DNA of 64,000 bases, from contig OX597817.1 in NCBI GenBank assembly GCA_951406725.2, forward strand, positions 10,912,001 through 10,976,000, written 5' to 3'. Positions 1-14,066 of this stretch are shown in pieces (the stretch's first letter is position 1; each line of letters begins with the position of its first letter). This DNA comes from Octopus vulgaris. Lineage: Eukaryota. The notes beneath the pieces are model-generated. The model had not been told where the DNA came from, ran no database searches, and was given only the letters and a program-made list of their open reading frames with translations. Both the position numbers and the translations under genes were made by a program.

Positions 1-525
1 GCTCTTAAGTAGGTTTTCATTACTTTGTAATTGCAAATAGTGGTGATATTCCCCTCCCCCCCCCCAGTGTGAAGGTTGGATTTTTATGAATCTATTTCAA
101 TGTTTTGTCTAATGTTTGAATTGCTTGCGATAAAATCGTTTTATAATAGGTTTATACTGACCTCAAGCCATGACTCTTATCTTTTACATGATATCTTTGA
201 AATATAATATGTAGCTTGTGTATGATCCATGCTCTTTGAGACTTTGGAGAACAATTTTAGCATGTGGTGCCTGATATAAAAATTCTGTGGCCAGCACACC
301 AGACAGATGTCAGTTTTGACATGAATATTTAACAGGGTTGGATGGTTCTTCTATGCAAAGAAGTGCTTAGCGATTGTTGTTAAACCCCAGGCCGTTCGTG
401 ATTGAAGAAACCAATGAACAAAGCTTTATTTTCCCAAATACATGTTTCTGCAACTTTTTGGTGGGTAGAGGTGGGGCAGAAGAACCATCACTGTTGCATA
501 TAGACATGCTTTAGGTTAGATGTGA

Positions 526-777
526 ATCATCATCATCATCATCATTTAGCGTCCGCTTTCCATGCTAGCATGGGTTGGACGGTTCAACTGGGGTCTGGGA
601 AGCCAGAAGGCTGCACCAGGCCCAGTCTGATCTGGCAGTGTTTCTACGGCTGGATGCCCTTCCTAATGCCAACCACTCCGTGAGTGTAGTGGATGTTTTT
701 TACGTGCCACCCGCACAGGTGCCAGACGGGGCTGGCAAACGGCCACGGATGGATGGTGCTTTTTACGTGCCACCGGC
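526..777 (-). mobile_element. 5'-truncated RTE-clade LINE 3' end with (GAT)n tail
   Basis: (cat)n followed by ccatgctagcatgg and ggatgcccttcctaatgccaacc; same sequence as the 3' end of the RT-bearing copy at 53925-55378. Confidence 0.75.
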
Positions 778-1379
778 TTTAGAAATTATTTCCTATTTCG
801 CCAAATGTAATGTTCATTCACATTGTTTGGAGTTAATCCTGAGTTTATAGCTTTGAGATTTCAATGATACGATTGTTTATTTTTAGAATGATCTAGCCAG
901 TTTGACCGAAAAATAGAATATTTAGGCTGGATATGGCTGGTTAAAGGTTTGAAGATGTATTCCTTGGAACTGTTGTTGACTAGTTCTAGGTCATCCTTGG
1001 CCAAGCAGCCTCCCCCCCTTTTTTTTTTCCGGGCATAATTGATTCTAGGATTGTGTGATTTGAGGGAGATTTGGTTATTTCTAGCTTGAGTGATGATATA
1101 CAGGTTCCCTCATTGGTTTTAAATGTAAGTGGAGTCTGAGAAAGAAGTATTTCAAAAACAAATACCAGGTAGTATCTAGGGCAGATGACATGTTATCATT
1201 TTATGTCTTTTTTTCTATACTGGCATGGGTTTGGGTTTCCCAGTGTCTTGTCAGCCACTGTGGAGTTATTTTGCTGTCTGCTGCAGTCCTTCATTACCTG
1301 ATGCACTTCACTGAGAACAACGGTGGAGCTTGTTGTCCATCTTATCTAATGAACTGACTGCATTTCATCTTGCTATTTT

Positions 1380-1612
1380 ACCTATTTCTTTACTACCCAC
1401 AAGGGGCTAAACACAGAGAGGACAAACAAGGACAGACAAACGGATTAAGTTGATTATATCGACTGCAGTGCGTAACTGGTACTTATTTAATCAATCCTGA
1501 AAGGATGAAAGGCAAAGTCGACCTCGGTGGAATTTGAACTCAGAACATAGCGGCTGGCGAAATACCGCTAAGCATTTCGCCCGGCATGCTAACGTTTTGC
1601 CACCTCACCACC
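1380..1612 (-). mobile_element. tRNA-derived SINE with Nin/Deu-like central domain
   Basis: Reverse strand has tRNA-like head (B-box-like gagttcaaattcc) and ctttgcctttcatcctttc...aagtaccag domain; many copies in window. Confidence 0.75.
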
Positions 1613-2191
1613 TATTTTACCATTCAGTTTTTTATGGCTGGATTAAAAATTGCTTCTTCCATTTCTACCCTGTTTGAGGGATAGCCTGTAAGTTGGCTTG
1701 TGTAGTTCAAATCTCTTTCACATGTTCCAGATTTTGTCACGGTTTGATTGGCTGGAGGCTTTCCCTATCACAGCATGGTCTAGCTGTATTAGTCATAACA
1801 AAACTGGTGACAAAAGTTAATTTGCAAATTTTAATCCATGAAAATATATTAAGTTAAGAATGATGTCATCATGACCAAAGTAACCTCATCTGTCCTTTAT
1901 TTCTTATTTTTTATCTCCTGGATGTATTTTACACAGCTAATAGGCTAAAACTGTTCTTTAGAGAAGGAAATAATCCCTTCATCTCTTCATAGGGATATAC
2001 AGAAATCAGGACCACCCAAACCATAAAGACACTACATGAACTTTTTTTTTTTGTATCATCCAACACAATTGTTTTAAAAGAACCATAGAACCACAACCCA
2101 TAGGAGAGAACACTAGTAAAAACTTCTCATGGAATATTTGTGTTGAAGGTTAGGTAGCATTGGATTTCTGTGGTTGACATGATAGTGGTGG

Positions 2192-2473
2192 GTAGTTAGT
2201 TAATTAATTTTTTGGCGCAAAAAGCCAGGCCATGTAGGGTGGTGTTCATGTAAAGGGTTCAGGCCACTTGAGGTCGAGAGAGATTTTGAACCGAGCGGTC
2301 GTCGGCATCTTCACCATCTCGTCTGGCAGCTTATTCCACGGATCCGCAACCCGGACGGAGAAAGCCCCTCTCCTTCAATTGAGATGAAATCGTCGCAGAT
2401 AGAGCTTTTCGGAATGACCCCGCTGCCAACGCTCTGGAGCAGGAGTGAAGAACAGCTCTTTTGAGAGGTTACA
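2192..2473 (-). mobile_element. CR1/L2-type LINE 3' fragment (family with (taac)n tail)
   Basis: Reverse complement of the RT C-terminal/3'UTR sequence seen at 49943-50491. Confidence 0.75.
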
Positions 2474-2554
2474 TAGTTGACTATGTATTGCCATAAAGTT
2501 TTCATAAACTATTCTACCCTAAATTCATTTTTGTTTATATTATAATAATAATTT

Positions 2555-2772
2555 AAAATTTTGGCTCAAGGCCAGCAATTTCCAGGGAGGGGTAAGTTGA
2601 TTACATCGACCCCCCCCCCCCCCCAGTGTTCAATTGGTACTTATTTTATTGACCCTGAAAGGATGAAACGCAAAGTCGACCTTAGTGGAATTTGAACTCA
2701 GAATGTAAAGCTGGATGAAATGCTGCCAAGCATTTTTCTTGGTATGCTACCAATTCAGCCAGCTCACTGCCT
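2555..2772 (-). mobile_element. Nin/Deu-domain SINE, variant subfamily
   Basis: gaaaggatgaaacgcaaagtcgacc...ggaatttgaactcagaa core with a different 3' tail. Confidence 0.6.
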
Positions 2773-3139
2773 TATAATAATAATAATAATAATAATAGTA
2801 ATATTATAATAATAATAACCTAAAGAGAAAATAACAATGGCTAGCCATTGCATGAATGATCCCCTTAACTCAGCCATTACATGCTTGTTTGTGCCGTTTC
2901 TCTATAGAATTCTTCTTGCAATGAAATGTCATACAGTTTCCTCCTTGTCATCACAAGTTGTTTTCCACTTGTAGCTGATAGTATAGGATGTAGTGTGGTG
3001 CTTAAACACTAACAGAACTTTGGCTGGCTGGAAGTGGGGAGAGGGGAGTGATTTTTCTATTGAAGTCATGTACTTCCTCCAATCCTTTTCTAGTTCTTCG
3101 TGTCAATTACCATTCCTTGTATCTACAATACTGACCACC

Positions 3140-4190
3140 ACTACTATGACTGTCAGTTATGTATATGTGTATAATGTATATATAAAATGTGTATAGTGTT
3201 TCTGTATACATGTATGTATGTATATATGTGTATAATATATATAACGTATATAGTGTGTTTCTGTATACTACTATGACTGTCAGTTATGTATATGTGTGTA
3301 TAATGTATATATAAAATGTGTATAGTGTTTCTGTATACATGTATGTATGTATATATGTGTATAATATATATAACGTATATAGTGTGTTTCTGTATACATG
3401 TGTGTATGTATGTATGTATGTGTGTATAATATGTATATAAAATGTATATAGTGTTTCTGTATACACGTGTATGTATATGTGTGTATAATATATATATATA
3501 AAATATATATAGTGTGTGTTTCTGTATACATGTGTGTATGTATGTATGTATGTGTATAATATGTATAAAATGTATATAGTGTGTGTTTCTGTATACATGT
3601 GTGTATGTATGTATGTGTATAATATGTATGTAAAATGTATATAGTGTGTGTTTCTGTATACATGTGTGTATGTATGTATGTATGTGTATAATATGTATAT
3701 AAAATGTATATAGTGTGTTTCTGTATACATGTGTGTATGTATGTATGTGTGTATAATATATATATATATATATATAATGTATATAGTGTGTGTATGTATA
3801 TGTGTGTATAATATATATATATATATATAATGTATATAGTGTGTGTATGTATATGTGTGTATAATATATATATATATATAATGTATATAGTGTGTGTATG
3901 TATATGTGTGTATAATATATATATATATATATAATGTATATAGTGTGTGCATGTATATGTGTGTATAATATATATAGATCTGACTGGACTGGTGCAGCCT
4001 TCTGGCTTCCCAGACCCCAGTTGAACCGTCCAACCCATGCTAGCATGGAAAGCGGACGTTAAATGACGATGATGATGATGATGAAAATGTATATAGTATG
4101 TGTTTCTGTATACATGTGTGTATGTATGTATATATGTGTGTATAATATATATATATATAAAATGTATATATTGTTTCTGTATACATGGGC
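3140..4190. repeat. AT-rich ~50-65 bp minisatellite with an embedded RTE tail (3977-4084)
   Basis: Recurring tatatagtgtgtttctgtatacatgtgtgtatgtatg...tataatat...aaaatg units; ~127-bp duplication starting at ~3141 and ~3268. Confidence 0.9.
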
Positions 4191-4740
4191 AGCTACTACC
4201 AATATTGATGATAGCACCATGCCTCCTCTTCTCTCTCCCCCACTCCATCATCCTCTATGGCTTGGCTGTGAGAGCAGCAGGGTGGTGGTGGCGGTGTTGA
4301 TGGTGATGCTGGTGCTGGTGGGATACAAGAGTATAGGCTATTGATTCTGCTGGCTATTGATGTGCAATAAACATGCTGCAAACAATGTGTGTGTGTGGGT
4401 CTGTGTGTGTGTATGCCCTGGGCCTATGTTTCTGTGTTTGTTTGGATGATGGTCAGTATTTGTATGTAAGGGTCTGCTTTTAATGGGGGGTGATCAGTAT
4501 TTATAGCTGTCTGCATGACTGTCTGTTAGTATAGTTTGTGTCTATAGTTGTGGATAGTCTACACGCTTGTGCGTGCGTGTGTGTGTGTGTGTGTGTGTGT
4601 CAGTGGAGCAACTATAGTTTGACTGTTCAATACACACATATCATGTTTAATATTCATGATAAATATTTTTTATTACAATGTCTTGTTAACAGCTTTTGTG
4701 TGCAGGATGGAAGTTATTGTTTGATTTTGTTACACTGTTG

Positions 4741-5490
<750 letters not shown>

Positions 5491-5924
5491 ATTTACAAAC
5501 ACTTTTATTCCTGCATGCAAACCTACATACATGGACTTACATATATGTGTATGTCACTCAAGCTCACTATGCATACACATTCAGACATAATTTGCATACA
5601 GCAAAATAAATATTTCTCCTTCCCCCTTTTTCTCTCTCTCTTTCACACACACACACACACACACAAGTCTGTTGCTATACTAGTGAGTGAGAAGAGTATT
5701 GAATAAATATATATTGCACACGTTTTATAGCAGCTAATCTATAGTCAACAGAACCATCATGAAACAGCTGAGAGAAATGTAAACTTCAGATACCGATTAC
5801 TTGATTGCTGTGCACATGCTTGTATGTTTGGTGTTTGTGTTTTGCTTTTGCCTCTGACCTCTCCCTCGGCCCTAATCTCTCATCTTTTCACACTCTTTTG
5901 TATTCTTTCTCAAGTTGGTAGAGT

Positions 5925-6333
5925 TACTCTTTTACTTGTTTCAGTCATTTGACTGCAGCCATGCTGGAGCACTGCCTTTTTTAATCGAGCAACTCGACCC
6001 CGGGACTTATTCTTTTGTAAGCCCAGTACTTATTCTATCGGTCTCTTTTGCCGAACCGCTAAGTGACGGGGACGTAAACACACCAGCATCGGTTGTCAAG
6101 CAATGCTAGGGGGACAAACACAGTCACACAGACACACACATACCTATATATATATATATACATATATACGACGGGCTTCTTTCAGTTTCCGTCTACCAAA
6201 TCCACTCACAAGGCATTGGTCGGCCCAAGCCTATAGCAGAAGACACTTGCCCAAGGTGCCACGCAGTGGGACTGAACCCGGAACCATGTAGTTGGTTAGC
6301 AAGCTACTTACCACACAGCCACTCCTGCGCCTA
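5925..6333 (-). mobile_element. tRNA-derived SINE family A ((GAGTAAAA)n tail, central (TA/CA) microsatellite)
   Basis: Reverse strand reads ggcgcaggagtggctgtgtggtaag (A box) ... gggttcagtccc (B box) ... gaaacaagtaaaagagt. Confidence 0.85.
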
Positions 6334-6543
6334 GAGTTTTGGACAAAATGCCTTGTATTTATTTTGGCATCGTGTCTTTTAAGTTTAAACCCCACCAAGG
6401 CCAGCTTATCCTTTCATCCTTCAAGGGTTGTTATCAACTTGGTCTGTGGCTTGACAGAAATGTCAGAATGTTGGCTCTGTCTTGGAGTACTTGTTCCTAT
6501 TCTTTGCATTCTGAGTATAAAAAAAATTCTACTTCAGCATACT

Positions 6544-6692
6544 TAGTTAGTTAGTTAATTTTTTGGCTCAAAAGCAAAAAGCAAGGCCATGTAGGGGGAC
6601 ATGGAGTTATGTACAGGATGGTGTTCATGTAAAGAGTTCAGGCCACTTGAGGTCAAGGGAGACTTTGAACAAAGCGGTTGTCGGCATCGGGT
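6544..6692 (-). mobile_element. CR1/L2-type LINE extreme 3' end
   Basis: (tagt)n tail plus match to 50350-50491. Confidence 0.7.
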
Positions 6693-7108
6693 GGTACTTA
6701 GTCTGCCATGTAGTGTAACACTTCCACTTGGTTCTTTAGGTTCTTTAGTTACTTTAGCATATTCTGCTCTCTTGCAAGCTCTCAGGTCAGACCTCCAGTT
6801 TAGGAAGCTTCAAAATGAGTCTTGAGCATTGCCCTGGCTATCTTGACCAAAAGAGTTTAAACAAAAAAAAAACCAATTCTTTACTCACTGTTTTAAAACT
6901 TTGCTTTCAAATTACAACTTTAGAATTTCAAAATTTTCTTGAACAAACTTCAAAGTTAAGGAAATGAAAGACTATAAGAAATGTAGCTGGCAATTATATA
7001 TCTTTTTTAAAACCTGTACCTGTAAATAAATACATTGTTGACTTGTACAATGGACAGCAAATAACAATGTAATTTTTCTTATTTTATTTCCCCTTTTTTT
7101 TTTTAAAG

Positions 7109-7216
7109 TATGACAGTGTCCGAATAAACCAAATCTACGAGCAAGCTAAATGGGCTTTGATATCGGAAGAAATAGACTGTACTGAAGAAGAGATGGTAAT
7201 GTTTGCTGGCTTACAG
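7109..7216 (+). CDS. FERMT: kindlin/fermitin (UNC-112 family) exon, FERM F2 N-part: [36 protein letters not shown]
   Basis: Polypyrimidine-aag acceptor, GTGAG donor, 108 nt phase 0; matches kindlin motif RINQxYEQAxW...[10 protein letters not shown]. Confidence 0.95.
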
Positions 7217-7788
7217 GTGAGAACAGCTTTCTTTTGGAATAATTATTCTCTCTCTCATGTAGCTTTCCTTTCCTTTTCCATTTTGATCTGTTTGCACGGG
7301 TCCTCTTGATTCTGTGAGTCCGCAAATAATTTATATAGGTTGGTTTCATAGCACTTAGTTACAAAATCATAACTTCAAATTCTATACAAAAGGAAAAATA
7401 TTTTTTACTACTTCATTACTTTTTTGTTCGATATAAGTAAAATGGACAAGTAAAAGTAATAAATGGACAATACCAGTGTTAGTTTTGTGTTCATTTCCAT
7501 TGCAATGCAGCGAACTCCCTTGTCATATACAACAGGTAAGGTTTCAGCAATTTCTTACTGAACAGCTTGCACAGGTATCTTCATTATGGTGATCAAATGT
7601 TTGTACTGCATATTAACTTGCTCACCACACTCTCCATCAAATTGACATTTCTTATAACCCACCTGCACAGAAAATGTTGATTTGATTTGTGTCCCACATC
7701 AGGTGTTGAAGTGATTGCAAGGCAACACAATGCACTACCTGGTCCAGGAATTGAAACCATGATGTAACACCCTAAACACTAGGCCATA

Positions 7789-8024
7789 TACCTATTTCTT
7801 TACTACCCACAAGGGGCTAAACACAGAGAGGACAAACAAGGACAGACACACGGATTAAGTCGATTATATCGACCCCAGTGCGTAACTGGTACTTATTTAA
7901 TCAACCCCGACAGGATGAAAGGCAAAGTCAACCTCGGCGGAGTTTGAACTCAGAACGTAACGGCAGACGAATTACAGCTACGCATTTCGCCCGGCATGCT
8001 AACGTTTCTGCCAGCTCGCCGCCT
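7789..8024 (-). mobile_element. Nin/Deu-domain SINE, full length
   Basis: Flanked by target-site duplication ggccatatacct. Confidence 0.8.
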
Positions 8025-8672
8025 TTTGGCCATATACCTTCATTCAAAGCAGTACTATTTATTATAGAACGGCAGTCTATTTAGCTATCAATAAAAGAAA
8101 TACTAGTTTGTGGTAACTAATTATACTCTTCAGTACTTTGAAAATGCCTCAAAACTATATTAGTAGCTGTTTTCAGCCATCATGCTAACATATTCAGTGG
8201 AACCCGAGTTGTTTAGCTTCAGGTCAGCTCTGGTCGAGTAATGACTATTCCAGATTTTTGTATATCTACAAATAACTTGTTAAATGCGCTTCATTTTAAG
8301 ATTGTAGAGTGGGATATAAAAGATATTTGGCTACTATTTCCAGCATGTGAGATGACTGTAGTCTCCTTCATCACATTGCAGGTGAACATTGATTCATTGA
8401 AAATTCTTGGAATAAATTTTCATTGTACTTTTTCCACTAATACGTATACCATATGTAGTGATTGTTATAAACTGCTAACTTGTTAGGAGGAAGCAGTGGA
8501 TCTTTTGTTGCTTCTTAATGTTGATATTAAGCTAATCACAAGCTTTACAATCCTCTGTAAATCCAGACTTCATTATAATTACAGGAAATTCTTTGTTTAA
8601 AATCATAAATACTAGAATGGCACTCATTCTTTAGATGTAATCAGTTTTAGTCAACTTTTGAACACTTTCCAT

Positions 8673-8889
8673 AAACCGTTTCATTACCAAACCGGCTCTG
8701 GCTCTGTGTACAAATGTCTTGTTTTCATAAGTTTTGAATTAAAATCTTCCACCAAACCTTAGTCACAATTTATGTTCCTAACACTAGCTGAATGATAACT
8801 AAGTTATTTTACTAAATTCTTTGTTATATATAAAGTAATTGAAAGAAACACAGAGCATCTCAGAATATATACAGTAACGAAGGGGTTAA
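8673..8889. mobile_element. piggyBac-like MITE family 1
   Basis: Matches copy at 18952-19181; ends gtaacgaaggggTTAA. Confidence 0.65.
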
Positions 8890-10066
8890 CAAATTTTATT
8901 AAAAAAAAAAAAAAAAAAGAAATCAATTTTTCGGATTGTTCTGAAGAGAAAGAAGTTTTCACAATTTTAATATATTAAATTGCTTTCTCTATATTTCACA
9001 CTACCACAAAACCATTAATGTAAAAGACAAACCCATAATTCTATGTACTACTTTGTTGACTGGAGACAAACATTATTCATACTTTGAATATTACCTTATA
9101 TTGGTGGAGTCTTGCTGTAAAATTTTTTTCCCGTAATTATACTTTCTTCCATAAGGCCATCACATCACTGACAAGCCTGTTCCAGGTGGTGTCATAGACT
9201 TGGAAGAATTTTGGCATGGGTGTAACCTGTCGTGTTTAGAGGAGACCTATAAATTCTGTACTTTCTGTACGGAAAATGTTCTACTGAAGTTTATATTGTA
9301 GAATGTGTGGCAATGGTACTTTGTATTGTAGAGATTTAAGATTTGACTAGACTTTGAAAGTGAAGGCACCTCCATTTGTTCCACAGTTAATGTGTTAATA
9401 TATTCATGTGGATAAAAATCCTTGCAAGATTGGAGAAACAGATGGTGGTGGTGGAGTCAAAATAATGTTGTTTTCTATATATTTTTTGAATTTATATAAA
9501 AAGATTGCTGTTTATTTGAAAGAAACCATTGATGTTTTATGCAATTGAGGGTATTTTGTATTAAGCTTCCATCATTTATTTTCAAAGTTCAAGCTTCTCC
9601 AAACTTGAAGCAACTATCAGTAACATCTTGTGAACCAATTCAATTGATATCTCTTCCTATAAATTTGCATCCTTCTTTAAAAAAAAAAACCCCTAAAATA
9701 CTCTTTTCTTTCTACTTTAAACCCATGATACACTATAGTATAAACCTAAGTATTAACAGTTATACCACCCTTAAGTTTAAGAGTAATCTGTTCACATATT
9801 CATTGTGCTAAGTCCTCAGGAAGTGAACTTACCATCTGCTTTCAGTTTCTGGTTGCAATTGATTGTCGTTTATAAACGACCTTATCATTTTCTTACCTTA
9901 TACGTAAATAACTCTTTGAGGCATTATGTCTAATTGATAAAATTTAGTTCACTCATATCGGGTCATAGTTAAAATTATCTAAACCTCAAAACACTTAAAA
10001 TATATTGAAAACTTGTTAATTAAAATGTAACCCTTTTTAAAAAAAAAGGAAAACAAAAAAAAATAT

Positions 10067-10432
10067 GAGTGGCTGTGTGGTAAGTAGCTTCCTTACCAAC
10101 CACACGGTTCTGGGTTCAGTCCCACTGCGTGGCACCTTGGGCAAGTGTCTTCAACTATAGCCTTGGGCCGACCAATGCCTTGTGAGTGGATTTGGTAGAC
10201 GGAAACTGAAAGAAGCCCGTCGTATATGTGTGTCTGTCCGTCCCTAGCATTGCTTGACAACCGATGCTGGTGTGTTTACGTCCCTGTAACTTAGCGGTTC
10301 GGCAAAAGAGACCGAAAGAATAAGTACTGGGCTTACAAAGAATAAGTCCCGGGGTCGATTTGCTCGGCTAAAGGCGGTGCTCCAGCATGGCCGCAGTCAA
10401 ATGTCTGAAACGAGTAAAAGAGTATAAAAGAG
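10067..10432 (+). mobile_element. SINE family A
   Basis: gagtggctgtgtggtaag head, gggttcagtccc B box, gagtaaaagagt tail. Confidence 0.85.
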
Positions 10433-10548
10433 TATTTACTTGAAACCAGCTCAGCTATTATTCTTGAAGCAAGTCTAGAGCTTAAGACAGGTTCAGTGTT
10501 TGGCCACAGGAATTTTTTTAATGTTAAACTCTCATACGTGCTTGCATG

Positions 10549-10584
<36 letters not shown>

Positions 10585-11053
10585 CACACACATCCTCACA
10601 CAAATCCTTGCATTTTCAGGATTTAGGATTTGTTGCTGTTCTAAACAAAGAGACCTTTTTCAGGAGTAAAAGTACAACTAAATATTCCAATCAAATCTAG
10701 TTTGTAATGTTCTTAAAGCAATTGATTGACCTGGTTACGCTGATAACTACTCAAGTTAATCACCTTTTTCTTTTCTTTAATGCTATTCTGTACTTCTTGA
10801 CCCAATGAGAGGCGTTGCTGCATTCATTATTGTTCTGCATTTATAGTAGAGAGAGAGGACATAGAGAAGTTATTGTGTTGTTGGATTAGGCAATCTGCCA
10901 ATCATCTGTACGTGTTGTAAATCATTGTGTATTTGGTGTTTTTGAACTGCCATTTTCTGAAATCTTAGATGTTAAAGCTTGTTCAACTTTTTCTTTTAAG
11001 CTGCTGAAGTTAATTAGAAATGCCAGTTATAAAGTAAAAGAAAATTACAATCA

Positions 11054-11459
11054 TAGGCGCAGGAGTGGCTGTGTGGTAAGTAGCTTGCTAACCAGCCACA
11101 TGGTTCTGGGTTCAGTCCCACTGCGTGGCATCTTGGGCAAGTGTCTTCTGCTATAGCCCCGGGCCAACCAATGCCTTGTGAGTGGATTTGGTAGACGGAA
11201 ACTGAAAGAAGCCTGTCGTATATATGTATATATATATATATGTGTGTGTATATGTTTGTGTGTCTGTGTTTGTCCCTCTAGCATTGCTTGACAACTGATG
11301 CTGGTGTGTTTACGTCCCCGTCACTTAGCGGTTCGGCAAAAGAGACCGATAGAATAAGTACTGGGCTTACAAAGAATAAGTCCCGGGGTCGATTTGCTCG
11401 ACTAAAGGCGGTGCTCCAGCATGGCCGCAGTCAAATGACTGAAACAAGTAAAAGAGTAA
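11054..11459 (+). mobile_element. SINE family A, full length
   Basis: Same consensus as other copies; ends 50 nt upstream of a kindlin exon. Confidence 0.85.
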
Positions 11460-11509
11460 GGATATAAAACATCAAAAGCCTTGTATTAAAAATGTTTTTT
11501 TCTTCTCAG

Positions 11510-11694
11510 TTACAAGTCCAGTTGGAGAGTCAAAACCCACAACCTGAAATATTTGATCAAACTGACGGTCAAGAAGAGGATGATATTGATTCTGCCTTAA
11601 AAGAATTGAAAGAGTCTTTGGAAGGGACAACGGCCCCTTCTTCAAATGACATCACAAATGTACCAGAGTTAGATGCTTTCATCAAAATATTCAA
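11510..11694 (+). CDS. FERMT: kindlin exon: LQVQLESQ...EEDDIDSALKELKESLEG...DITNVPELDAFIKIF(K)
   Basis: ttctcag acceptor, GTAAGT donor; kindlin DDIDSAL..L..SLEG / DIT.VPEL motif; phase 2 end joins next exon. Confidence 0.95.
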
Positions 11695-12159
11695 GTAAGT
11701 TTTTAACCTTCTCTTACTGTTTCTCGTTATGTGTAAGCATGCATATATTTGTGTATACCCACACAATTTGTTTTTGTATTTGGTTGTGAAGACCCTCTCA
11801 AGACAATAAAAATATATAAAACTTCTCACCATCTGGCATAAAGCTGTATCCCCTTGGTTGAAGAGTCTTCACTTATGACTTGATGTTCTTACTGGTGATG
11901 GTGCCCTATAAAAAGCACCTAGTACACTCTCTAAAGTGGTTGCCACCATGCTAGAGCAGACAGGGTCTGGCATAGTTTTCTATCTTCTCAATTCCTGTTG
12001 AACTATCCATCCCATACCAGTTTGGAAAATATGTTAAATGGTGATATGGGTTGTTTTTTTTAACCCCCTCACCATTTTTCAATAGTTAGAGGAAGATATT
12101 CTATTTAAATTTCTTCAGTGACTATAACTAGTGGTACATTAGATTTATATTAGATTTCA

Positions 12160-12601
12160 TGGCTCGCAGGACGGCCTGCTGTGCTAACCTTGGATTGTAG
12201 AGTGACCTGCTGTTCTTGAGGAGACCTATTGAGTAAAGTACGTTAACATCAAAATGAAAATCAAATGGAAATTGTAGTTAAGTTACCCATGCCGGTGACA
12301 CATTAAAAGCACCATCCAAACGTGGCAGATGCCAGCGCCGCCTGACTGGCGTCCGTGTCGGTGACACATAAAAGCACCAACCAATCGTGGCCATTTGCCA
12401 GCCTCCTCTGGCCCCTGTGCTGGTGGCATGTAAAAAGCACCCACTACACTTATGGAGTGGTTGGCGTTAGGAAGGGCATCCAGCTGTAGAAACACTGCCA
12501 GATCAGACTGGTGCCTGGTGCAGCCTCCTGGCTTCCCAGAATCCTGTCGAACTGTTCAACCCATGCTAGCATGGAAAATGGACGTTAGACGACGATGATG
12601 A
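12160..12601 (+). mobile_element. RTE LINE 3' UTR fragment
   Basis: aaaagcacc subrepeats, ggttggcgttaggaagggcatccagctg, (gat)n tail. Confidence 0.75.
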
Positions 12602-12904
12602 AACTAAAACCTATTCACTTTAGAAACATGTAGCAGTTCATCCAGCTCATGCTATCAATAAGTTGGGGACAGGGTTTGGCAAAGCAGTTGCCATGTGGCC
12701 ACTATATTATTTGGTGAAGACAATGGTTAGCAGAGCAGCAGAGAAAAATGCATTGCTGAGTTGTGATCCCTAATACTTTAAGTTCAAATCCCTTAAAGTA
12801 GATCTTGCTTTTCATTATTTCAGGGTCAATAAAAACAAGACCAGTCAGGTACTGCAATCATCTATCCGAAGTGCCCTGCTATCACCAATTATAGCCTTAG
12901 GATG

Positions 12905-13140
12905 TAAAAGACCTCCTTCAGTCATAAATGACCCTGGGATTACATTTAGAAAGTTACTCTCTAAGGCACAAGTCTATGCAAGGTTGTTTATGGAAGACCA
13001 GCAGTCACCCATACATACCAGTCTGCCCTCTCCAGGTCACCGATGTTATCCAAGGCAAAGGCTGATCCAGCTTGGCACTGGTGACATTACAACTCGTGTA
13101 ATTGCGAGGCCGATGCTCTAACCACCGAGCGATGTGCCTC
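12905..13140 (-). mobile_element. tRNA-derived SINE family D, degenerate
   Basis: Reverse complement similar to 52845-53180 and 23968-24172. Confidence 0.55.
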
Positions 13141-13284
13141 TAGCTTTATACTGATGTCAGAAATCAGTAGTTAGTGAATTAATTTTTGTATTGTCTGTAT
13201 GGAAATTGTAGTGTTTTTTTCTTTTTGTTTTGTTTTTTTTTAATAATTTCTCTGACTAATAGAACGTCTTATTTTTATTTTTAG

Positions 13285-13409
13285 ACCAAAAAAGTTCACC
13301 CTGAAGAATTTTAAGCGTTATTATTGCGTCTTTAGAGAATATACTATTTCCTTATATAAGAGTAAAGAAGACCGGGCTGGAGAACCTATTGCAAGAATTG
13401 GTACCAAAG
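13285..13409 (+). CDS. FERMT: kindlin exon, PH domain: (K)PKKFTLKNFKRYYCVFREYTISLYKSKEDRAGEPIARIGTK(G)
   Basis: ttttag acceptor, GTGAGT donor, phases consistent; kindlin PH motif KPKKxTLKxxKxY. Confidence 0.95.
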
Positions 13410-13632
13410 GTGAGTTGTTTTTCTTAATGAAATTGTTAGACGGAACCTACAAAGGAGCCTGTTGCATATAAATGTGTTTGAATCTTTCCCGCTTTTGTCT
13501 TCACATTGTTTTACACTAAAGTGCAATAATAGTCGTAATGATTCTTAGACATAAGGGGACATCTTTCTGAAGTTCAGTTTACTTCAGCTGTAATATGAGT
13601 CTATCTTCCTAGAATTCTGTTTGGTATTTCAA

Positions 13633-14066
13633 CTCTTTTACTCTTTTACTTGTTTCAGTCATTTGACTGCGGCCATGCTGGAGCACCGCCTTTAGTCGAG
13701 CAAATCGACCCCAGGACTTATTCGTTGTAAGCCCAGTACTTATTCTATCGGTCTCTTTTGCCGAACCGCTAAGTGACGGGGACGTAAACACCCCAGCATC
13801 GGTTGTCAAGTAATATTGGGGTGGGGGTGGGGGGTGTTGCGGGGACCAACACAGACACACAAACATACATGCACACACGCACACACACACATATATATAT
13901 ATATATATACGACGGGCTTCTTTCAGTTTCCGTCTACTAAATCCACTCACGAGGCTTCGGTCGGCCCGAGGCTATAGTAGAAGACACTTGCCCAAGGTGC
14001 CACACAGTGGGACTGAACCCGGAACCATGTGGTTGGTTAGCAAGCTACTTACCACACAGCCACTCT
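13633..14066 (-). mobile_element. SINE family A, full length
   Basis: Reverse complement of the family consensus. Confidence 0.85.

Noticed and set aside
6103-6291. Recurrent ORFs of the type RRASFSFRLPNPLTR..SRRHLPKVPRSGTEP and MDGSTGVWEARRL
   Set aside because: Incidental translations of SINE A and the RTE 3'UTR, not a gene family.
11054-11135. tRNA-like A/B boxes here and at 45635, 52850 and other SINE heads
   Set aside because: They are SINE heads followed by SINE bodies; no complete cloverleaf could be folded.
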